Of a DNA stretch of 64,000 bases, positions 58,101 to 64,000 are shown in pieces (the stretch's first letter is position 1; each line of letters starts with the position of its first letter). The notes below the pieces were generated by a model. The model had not been told where the DNA came from. It saw only the letters and a program-made list of their open reading frames with translations, and made no database searches. Both the position numbers and the translations under genes were made by a program. The stretch is from a virus. The DNA lies in the IMG/VR virus record IMGVR_UViG_3300013132_000021, one strand, 5' to 3'.

Positions 58101-60769
58101 GCACGTATGATTCCGCCATCTTCCGCCAGATAACCAATATGGCAGTAGTAGGTAAACACAGACACAAGTTCTGCTCGACCGTTGTTCAATACCCAAGCCC
58201 CTATACCATCGCTGAGAACCTGCGTGAAATCGTTTGAGACTATAGATTTGTTGCCACCGTTATGCAGAGCACCGTCTATCTTCTGTCCTATACATCCCGT
58301 GCCTATAGTAGTCACACCTTGTATGTACGGTGAACGTGTGGTGATCCATGTACGATTATCAGCTGGTCCCCATCCTGGATCTAGAGATACATACGCACCT
58401 CCTACAGGTTTTTGATACAAATCAAAAGCCGCAGGCGGATTCAGAGTCGATTCAAGACCTTTCAGAGTGCAATTTCTAATACCTGTGGCGTCTCGAACAT
58501 AAAACATGTCTTCGTCTTCGGTACATCCAAGCACAGCATTTCTATAATATCTTGCCGCAAATAATGATTTATAATTACCAACATATACTATGTCGTATTT
58601 CCATGCATCTATATATCTATCAACATCTCTTCTGCACAAATCGCTGTCAAAATCATATGCAGGATATGTTAGTTGCATGAATGCCACAGCTTCTTCTTTT
58701 AAGAAGTCTCTATTTTGCTCTAATGCTGTGGCTACGTTAACAACAGATGCTGTGGTTGTAGCGGTGTTTGTTCCCACCAGTGTTGGATTTGATCCAGTAC
58801 TGTTTATATAGAAATTTATGTATGATACTATGTTAGTTATTAATAATTGTGTTCGTGTTATAGTATCAGCATCTACTGTGAGAGGAGTAATCACAGTGTT
58901 GAAACTAGCAAATATTTCATCTCCGGGTACAAATTGCTCATTACCGTCTATATCAAATAACGGCGGATTTTGAGATATCTGTTCAAATTGTGGGGTAGGA
59001 AATGAAACTCCTACCTGTGTTGATAAAAACGGTGCTACTGGATCTTCTGGATTTCCTGACGTTTTAGTAAATGTTGTTCCATTAATCAACGCTGGAAGAA
59101 TACTAGAAATTCTGTTTAATACTGCGATAGTATATGTGCTATCTAGTGCCAGTGATGGTATTGGTCCGCTAGCTTTGATAGTTGTGGTTCTTAGTTCTGC
59201 TCCGAGTACTACTGTTCGTGCCGGAACAATAATAGGTATAATTTCTTCATATTCGCCAGCAGCAACTCTGATAGTGGTAGTTCCTGTAAACCCGTCGTCC
59301 ATTTGCTCGCAGGCATATCTAACTGTTCTCCAAGGAAGGAACTGACTGGTTCCACGTTCTGGGTCTGTGACGTCGTCTACACCATCTAAGCTGACATATC
59401 GTACTCTGACAATATCTCCCCAATAAGCATAATCGACGCTGCCTTCACTGTTTATAGTAAGTAATTGGTCTGATTCGCCTACTGGTACACGAGTTGGTCC
59501 AAATGTACTACCGTCATTTTGCAGTGTTCGACTAAGATCATAAGTTAATAGGTCACCTCTAGCACTCATACCAACGTCTTGACCTGCCTGCAAAACTAAA
59601 TCCCAGTAGAAAAATCCTTCGCCGTTGTCTCCAGGAAAATTCTGATCTGTGGCAAGGTGTTCAAAATTACAGGTATACAAGTTGCCACGATAAATGACGA
59701 GATCGTTTACACTGTAGGTGAAATCTTGCGTCCAGGATCCCCGCAAATTTTGTGCTACCGACACCAGTTCCCAATTGCCTGCATCTAGATAATCGATGCT
59801 GCTACCGTCATTGGTAGTATTTGCAGTGGCAATATATAAATTTCCCCCTCGGCGAACAAGGTCTCCAATTTTATAATTAGCAGAAGCTGACCATGTACCT
59901 GCAAAGTTTATAGCTTTGCTCAATATATTCCATTGTGTGGTATCATCTGCGGCAGGATTACGTTGATAATTATTTGTATTTGCAGTATATAGATATCCAC
60001 CATGACGAACTACGTCACCGATGGCATAATATACTGAATTGCTCCACTCTTGATGGAAGTTTAATCCTAGAAATTCTGTAACAAAATTATTGTTGTCAAT
60101 GTTACCGCTAGCCACATGTCCCACGGTGCACCGTAGTATGCTGCCACCATATTTGACTAAATCGTTGATTCTGTATCTTGTAGCTGCGGCCCAGGCACCG
60201 ACATACTGTATTCCTTCATAGACTTCTTGCCATAATTCTCCGGTACTATCATCTTGTGTATCGTTATTTCCAATTTCTAAACCCAATGCAGTACTAGATG
60301 ATGTATGTCCCACGATACAACGATATACAGTGCCGTTGTATCTTACAACATCACCTATACCGTATCTGGTATTTGGCAACCAGGCTGTACGCCAATTGTC
60401 TGCGCTGAGATACACAGTCCAATTTGAAATGCTTGCATCAAAAGTTGGTTGTGATGTGTGACTAGTTACACATAGATAAATTACTCCGCCATACAAGGCG
60501 ATATCGCCTGGATTATATAAAGTAGACTGTGCCCATCCGCTTCTCCAAGCATAGCCATCGGTCATCTTTAACCACGCTGGTGTTGGTTGAGAATCCCCCT
60601 CATTTGCAAAAAATGCTTGATCGGCAGCAAATGAAGAAGCTGTGTGTTGTCGTTGGCAGATCCATGTGCTGCCACCATATCTAATTACATCGTCACGATT
60701 GTACGCCGTGTTGGTAGACCACGCATTGTGCCATGTGTATCTAATCCTGCTTATCTTAAATTCTGCCAT
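55103..60769 (-). CDS. giant virion/tail protein (1888 aa), paralog of 47522-55060
   Basis: Shared MAEFK..RIR start, CBM-like repeats, RSPYIQGVTT, TGHDFLDIGTGNF, EFSTDP..ADS.NIVPTQRAIK. Confidence 0.8.
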   Translation of the reverse strand: MAEFKISRIRYTWHNAWSTNTAYNRDDVIRYGGSTWICQRQHTASSFAADQAFFANEGDSQPTPAWLKMTDGYAWRSGWAQSTLYNPGDIALYGGVIYLCVTSHTSQPTFDASISNWTVYLSADNWRTAWLPNTRYGIGDVVRYNGTVYRCIVGHTSSSTALGLEIGNNDTQDDSTGELWQEVYEGIQYVGAWAAATRYRINDLVKYGGSILRCTVGHVASGNIDNNNFVTEFLGLNFHQEWSNSVYYAIGDVVRHGGYLYTANTNNYQRNPAADDTTQWNILSKAINFAGTWSASANYKIGDLVRRGGNLYIATANTTNDGSSIDYLDAGNWELVSVAQNLRGSWTQDFTYSVNDLVIYRGNLYTCNFEHLATDQNFPGDNGEGFFYWDLVLQAGQDVGMSARGDLLTYDLSRTLQNDGSTFGPTRVPVGESDQLLTINSEGSVDYAYWGDIVRVRYVSLDGVDDVTDPERGTSQFLPWRTVRYACEQMDDGFTGTTTIRVAAGEYEEIIPIIVPARTVVLGAELRTTTIKASGPIPSLALDSTYTIAVLNRISSILPALINGTTFTKTSGNPEDPVAPFLSTQVGVSFPTPQFEQISQNPPLFDIDGNEQFVPGDEIFASFNTVITPLTVDADTITRTQLLITNIVSYINFYINSTGSNPTLVGTNTATTTASVVNVATALEQNRDFLKEEAVAFMQLTYPAYDFDSDLCRRDVDRYIDAWKYDIVYVGNYKSLFAARYYRNAVLGCTEDEDMFYVRDATGIRNCTLKGLESTLNPPAAFDLYQKPVGGAYVSLDPGWGPADNRTWITTRSPYIQGVTTIGTGCIGQKIDGALHNGGNKSIVSNDFTQVLSDGIGAWVLNNGRAELVSVFTYYCHIGYLAEDGGIIRATNGNCSYGTYGAISDGVDATETPATAAVYTRAQEANVVAAFAGDFVDEIQILEWGNCGNDYSSATAIFAGAGIDAAVVFEDFRDDAVFEARILDANAGTAQIAQAIGGGGFVLVQNNAQSGTATTITIASNDANSIAQYLGMRIVITSGAGTGQYGYITAYDNITKVVSVTRESDDQPGWDHVVPGKLPTVPLLTNTTYRIEPRVIFSAPAYSATQVILPVNTTWSEIVYGETTETYTNVPVNEAGTGTTIDVPAALATFNVVKQGRDYTLTINNGGAGYEAGQLLTIDGDQLGGATPINDLIILVTDVSDDSTNSILAAEQKTYGTGEDNEAASGRFVVVSTGGSAALYSEDGTTWTDFNMPTAGDWKCLAAGRVTYPTVGNHIFVAIRTGSSVAASSFDGITWTTRAMPASRSWNSCIYGGGLFFAIATDSNSAAYSLNGTSWITTVLPGFGDSTLNEWVDVAYGKNTYVVLANSGNSVMVGEYNSTLNTWTWSGHILDVIADSSAKDWVSIAYGNDRFVAISSTGDVGYSFDGISWLPATMPSQDGSTAHNWKKIRYAQGVFFAVGDTGGRDVGGDPAAVPTNYAATSFDGIVWTSRTLASSKEWVSVAFGNPYVDARDSTTGKRTPMWIAIDNTDIFNKIQTGARALGRVTLSSGIIRSIKMWDPGSGYTEGPTCTLVDPNNSSDAVIESRTGDGVIAQPSWLNRGLGYRTTSTTVTIDGNGYADVTPSGKFFVMNDLDAYPGPGASLTIGSLPDFYTLVTIEPLGATDRGLAARIRVSPEIKVRDNLQHLTPITIRTEFSQCRITGHDFLDIGTGNFEETNYPELYSGFYTPAPENEIVELNRGRVFYTSTDQSGNFRAGELFAVEQATGIVTISADFFDLGGLSELRLGGIRVGGTGAVVREFSTDPLFIADSNNIVPTQRAIKSYLASRLSIGGSEIAVGSFIAGTILVGPDRFNNTAGLRIIVPIRAEFDRPNSGISGSMLAQTMFYRSF

Positions 60770-60781
60770 AATTTATTCCGT

Positions 60782-61147
60782 TTAACTTGAATGTCCTGTG
60801 GGATATGTATAACCTTGATTTATACGTTGTGTTAATCTACCTTCACTGTCTATGTAGTAAAGCATGTTTCGATTATCCCAACGATACTGCGTCCATACTA
60901 GATTATCATATTCTACTTCATGATCCGCTGCTATGCCTTCGAAATAATCAACTCCGGGTTCAAAATCTTCAAAGGTTTCTGCAGGATCGCCAGGGAGATT
61001 TAGTTCGATAGAGTCTTTGTCCTTGAGCTGATCGCTGCGTAGCAAAAATAATTCACCGTCTTGATTCCTACGCAGAGCATACCAATATCGAGGTGAATCT
61101 CCTAGTGCTTCATCTGGACTTGTACCGAAATAATATGTGCTTGGCAT
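60782..61147 (-). CDS. hypothetical protein (tail module)
   Basis: 121 aa ORF with RBS in late operon. Confidence 0.7.
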   Translation of the reverse strand: MPSTYYFGTSPDEALGDSPRYWYALRRNQDGELFLLRSDQLKDKDSIELNLPGDPAETFEDFEPGVDYFEGIAADHEVEYDNLVWTQYRWDNRNMLYYIDSEGRLTQRINQGYTYPTGHSS

Positions 61148-61156
61148 GATCGATCC

Positions 61157-61489
61157 TTATGATATCTCAACGTAACTTACTGTAGCGTCAACACTGTCTG
61201 CAGTGTCACTGACCATCCGCAGTTCTGTTTCTGCAGGCAGTATTAATTTTTCACCTTGTGTGATCACTTTCACTGATGTGTTTGGAGGAATAGAAAGACC
61301 TTTTACATAGTAGGTCGCTGTGGTATCTACACCCACTACCTGTATGTCTACCACCACAGTGTCGTATTCTGTGACATTGGCTAGGTTACAGCCTATAACT
61401 GTGGCTCGAACTCCTGCACCAATCTCTACCACATCTATGGGACTAGTGCCTATTTGTGTTACCAGAGCGTGTTTGAATACTGTTGGCAT
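61157..61489 (-). CDS. small virion structural protein
   Basis: ATVIGCNLAN..IPPNTS...GEKLIL..D.TVSYVEI pattern; similar to 47179-47499. Confidence 0.65.
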   Translation of the reverse strand: MPTVFKHALVTQIGTSPIDVVEIGAGVRATVIGCNLANVTEYDTVVVDIQVVGVDTTATYYVKGLSIPPNTSVKVITQGEKLILPAETELRMVSDTADSVDATVSYVEIS

Positions 61490-61493
61490 ATGT

Positions 61494-62546
61494 TTATCCT
61501 AGTGTCAATGCTAATTGTGCTGCAATGTCGTTGGCTTCTGCGATAGAAACGGCTCCCGATGCACCTGCGGGACTTGCCCAGTCTGCGCCGTCCCATATCT
61601 CTAAGGCAGCAGAATCTGAATTAAATCTTGTCATACCTAACACAGCGTAAGCAGTTGGTCTATTAGCATCTACACCTACCGGAGGCACAAATCCGTTAGT
61701 GCCCTGTATTTTAAAATAACCAATGCCTGTCTGTGCTATCTGAGACACAGCTCCGGAGACTATGTTGGTGATCACATTGTCTACTATACGGAAATTTCCT
61801 AATCTCACACCACCTGTGCCGTTGCCGTCGATGTATAGATCTTGTCCTGTGTTAGTGGTAATTTCGTTATCGCGGAACATTAAATTGCCCACGTCTAATG
61901 CAGGCACGTTGATGGCATCTGTGTAGAGATTATAGGCGTAGACAGCTCTCCAACGATACGTGGCAGAACCTAGATCATAGGTATTGTCAGTTTCAGGTAC
62001 TAGATCACTTTTTATACTGGCATTAATTACTATCTGATCAGTTAGTGCATCACCAATCTGTATGTTACCGCCAATGACCACATTTCCTGTGGCGTTGATG
62101 TCACCTGTAACAGCTAGATTACCTGTAATGTTAGTGTTGGCAATAATGTTTACTGTGCCTGCCCCGTTGGGATCCAGTTCTATAGAGCTGTTGCTCACAG
62201 TGGTTGATATGGTGTTGCCCTGTAATTGCAGATCATCTATCTGCAGTCTTGCGTGATAAACAGTGGCTTCACCTGCGGCCGCTGCAAAGTTTATAGTTGA
62301 TGAATCACTGGTTATGGTATTACCAGTAAAGTGTAGATCGCCTACATTTAATTGTGTGTCTACTGTGAGGTTAGTTGAGCGAATATGACCGTTGACATCG
62401 AGGTCTGTAGTTGGCGCTGCTGTTTTTATCCCGATTCGAGAGTTAACAACATCCAGATAGAGTAAGTCTGTCTCGAAAGCCAAATTCTCGCCTGCACGAA
62501 GCAAGTTGGATTTCAAGAGCTGACCGGAAATACGACCAATAGCCAT
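61494..62546 (-). CDS. virion structural (baseplate/fibre-associated) protein
   Basis: MAIGRISGQLLKSNLLRAG.NLAFETDLLYLDV; LDPNGAGTV repeats; RP....GMTRFNSD...LEIWDG. Confidence 0.7.
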   Translation of the reverse strand: MAIGRISGQLLKSNLLRAGENLAFETDLLYLDVVNSRIGIKTAAPTTDLDVNGHIRSTNLTVDTQLNVGDLHFTGNTITSDSSTINFAAAAGEATVYHARLQIDDLQLQGNTISTTVSNSSIELDPNGAGTVNIIANTNITGNLAVTGDINATGNVVIGGNIQIGDALTDQIVINASIKSDLVPETDNTYDLGSATYRWRAVYAYNLYTDAINVPALDVGNLMFRDNEITTNTGQDLYIDGNGTGGVRLGNFRIVDNVITNIVSGAVSQIAQTGIGYFKIQGTNGFVPPVGVDANRPTAYAVLGMTRFNSDSAALEIWDGADWASPAGASGAVSIAEANDIAAQLALTLG

Positions 62547-62660
62547 TAGCTCTCCAAAATAACCCGGTGTTTCACCGTTAACCAGATTTTCAGCTCACGC
62601 TCTTTGTCGGTTTACCACAGTCGAATCCTGCGATAGTTTGGTCAACTACAGCAATTAAAA
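62547..62660 (-). ncRNA. candidate structured cis-regulatory RNA (5' leader)
   Basis: Four predicted helices incl. an 8-bp closing stem and a GUGA tetraloop, between a TAAATA promoter motif and a GGAG RBS. Confidence 0.5.
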
Positions 62661-62680
62661 GTATTTAGCCGTTTTGGAAA

Positions 62681-63775
62681 TTAACCCAGCATTAGGGTAT
62701 AGACGTGGCCGAGATCTTCCATGATTTCTACCGTAACCTCGATACCGCCACCTGTGCTCACAGCCCATACGGTGCCATCGTAACATTCGAGATATCCCTC
62801 ATCTGTGTTCCAGCGAGTTTCACCTACTTCGGGGCTTGCTCGACGTTGAGAGTTGTCTCCCGCCGGAATCACCATACCGTTGGTGCCTGCGAACCGATAG
62901 TAACCTATGCCTGTGCCTACCACAGTGAGTGCAGTGTTACTGAGGTTAGTGATGTCATTGATCTGCCACTGAATATTTTCGATATCTGTGATACCGGTAT
63001 TCGGACTCAGTAGTATATCTTCATTTGATTGGATAGCGGATATTTTATTGATATTTCCGTCTAGAGTCATTTGATTACTGACTGTCACAGTTTGTGTCAC
63101 CAGTCCGCTTCCTGGCCATGCTCCGGTGGTTATGTATTGCCATTGGGGTGAATGTAATTCGGCCCAACGGCGTGGACTTGAATCTCCTGCATCTGCGCCT
63201 AGAGCGTATGTGACATCATCGCCTGGAATTATGCTCTGTGTAAAATCTGTGTTTACTGTTACTGTGTCTATGGTTTGATCGCCTAGAGTCAGTGTGCCAA
63301 GTCCGATAAGATCGCCCGACATTGTGATATTGCCTGTGACTGCGAGGTTGCCAGTGATGTCTGTGTTAGCTCTCAGCTCTACTGTGCCTGAGCCGTTGGG
63401 GTCTAGAACTATGTTTGAATTTGATATGCTAGATATCTGATTACCATCGAATACTAGATTATTTGTGATAACTCTGTCATGGAATATTTCTCCGCCGCCA
63501 TTGATATAAACATCTATGCCGCCTACGCTGGTAGAAAAAGTGTTGGGAACATTGATACGAAGATTACCCAGTGCAGCCTGAGTAGTCACAGTTAATTCGT
63601 TGGTGCGTGTGTTGCTGTTTACATCTATATCATAGATAGGAGTAGAATCCCTAACACCTATCCTATTATTGGTAACATCTAGATAAAGTAGATCAGTTTC
63701 AAATGCGAGATTGACTCCCGCACGTAACAGGTTGTCTGTGAGTACCTGTCCACCAATGCGCCCCAGTTGACTCAT
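62681..63775 (-). CDS. virion structural protein, paralog of 61494-62546
   Basis: MSQLGRIGGQVLTDNLLRAGVNLAFETDLLYLDV; LDPNGSGTV; GETRWNTD..LECYDG. Confidence 0.7.
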   Translation of the reverse strand: MSQLGRIGGQVLTDNLLRAGVNLAFETDLLYLDVTNNRIGVRDSTPIYDIDVNSNTRTNELTVTTQAALGNLRINVPNTFSTSVGGIDVYINGGGEIFHDRVITNNLVFDGNQISSISNSNIVLDPNGSGTVELRANTDITGNLAVTGNITMSGDLIGLGTLTLGDQTIDTVTVNTDFTQSIIPGDDVTYALGADAGDSSPRRWAELHSPQWQYITTGAWPGSGLVTQTVTVSNQMTLDGNINKISAIQSNEDILLSPNTGITDIENIQWQINDITNLSNTALTVVGTGIGYYRFAGTNGMVIPAGDNSQRRASPEVGETRWNTDEGYLECYDGTVWAVSTGGGIEVTVEIMEDLGHVYTLMLG

Positions 63776-63777
63776 GA

Positions 63778-64000
63778 TTAGTTGGCGTATCCGTAGTATA
63801 CAGTTATGTAAACTGGATTACCGCCTCCTCCTGATGCTGGCACAGCTGATGTGAAAGTGATATAGTATCCCGCTTCTCGTACCTTACCTGTGCCTAGACC
63901 TGTGCCGCCGGATTTGGTAAACACCGTGCCCACAGTGTTGGCAGCCGCGCCAATCAATGTGAAGTCAGTGCTGCCTGCTGCGGTTATTACGTAACTGGTT
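63778..64000 (-). CDS. 3' end of a virion structural gene (truncated by window edge)
   Basis: Open frame ending ...ITFTSAVPASGGGGNPVYITVYYGYAN-stop at 63778, 2 nt before the next start codon. Confidence 0.65.
   Translation of the reverse strand, partial: TSYVITAAGSTDFTLIGAAANTVGTVFTKSGGTGLGTGKVREAGYYITFTSAVPASGGGGNPVYITVYYGYAN

Noticed and set aside
47715-59345. Many plus-strand ORFs of 60-120 aa antisense to the giant structural genes
   Set aside because: Shadow ORFs from codon bias of Ala/Thr/Gly-rich genes; no RBS or recognisable motifs
62547-62660. Leader RNA as c-di-GMP-I riboswitch, hammerhead or tRNA
   Set aside because: Has GGUAAACC but lacks the rest of the c-di-GMP-I consensus, the CUGAnGA/GAAA hammerhead core and a cloverleaf with T-loop
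1-64000. Stop-codon reassignment, CRISPR arrays, tRNAs
   Set aside because: Core genes are full length in the standard code with TAA/TGA/TAG all used as stops; no regularly spaced repeats or tRNA cloverleafs seen

Overview
This window is a 64 kb segment of a large T4-like (Tevenvirinae-related) myovirus genome, probably from an aquatic proteobacterial host (inference). It uses the standard genetic code and most genes lie on the minus strand. From left to right it carries: a sugar-modification cluster (glycosyltransferases, TylF-type methyltransferase, cytidylyltransferase-cupin); the recombination/replication genes uvsY, uvsX and gp32; packaging and head genes (gp17, gp16-like, gp4, putative internal proteins); the tail tube, an unusually long tail sheath, a dNMP kinase and neck proteins gp13/14/15; and a repeat-rich fibre ending in a cupredoxin-like Cu site. 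Next comes a ~17.5 kb AT-richer island (26047-43511) with 16 2OG-Fe(II)/JmjC oxygenases and 4 intact-looking flavin-dependent halogenases. It is followed directly by three His/Gly-rich fibre paralogs and then by duplicated giant virion proteins. The best candidate for a new system is this oxygenase/halogenase battery embedded in the tail module, which may chemically tailor virion proteins. The second candidate is a multi-stem structured RNA leader at 62547-62680. I found no tRNA, rRNA, CRISPR array, integrase or reverse transcriptase. All family calls come from motif recognition by eye, not from database searches.
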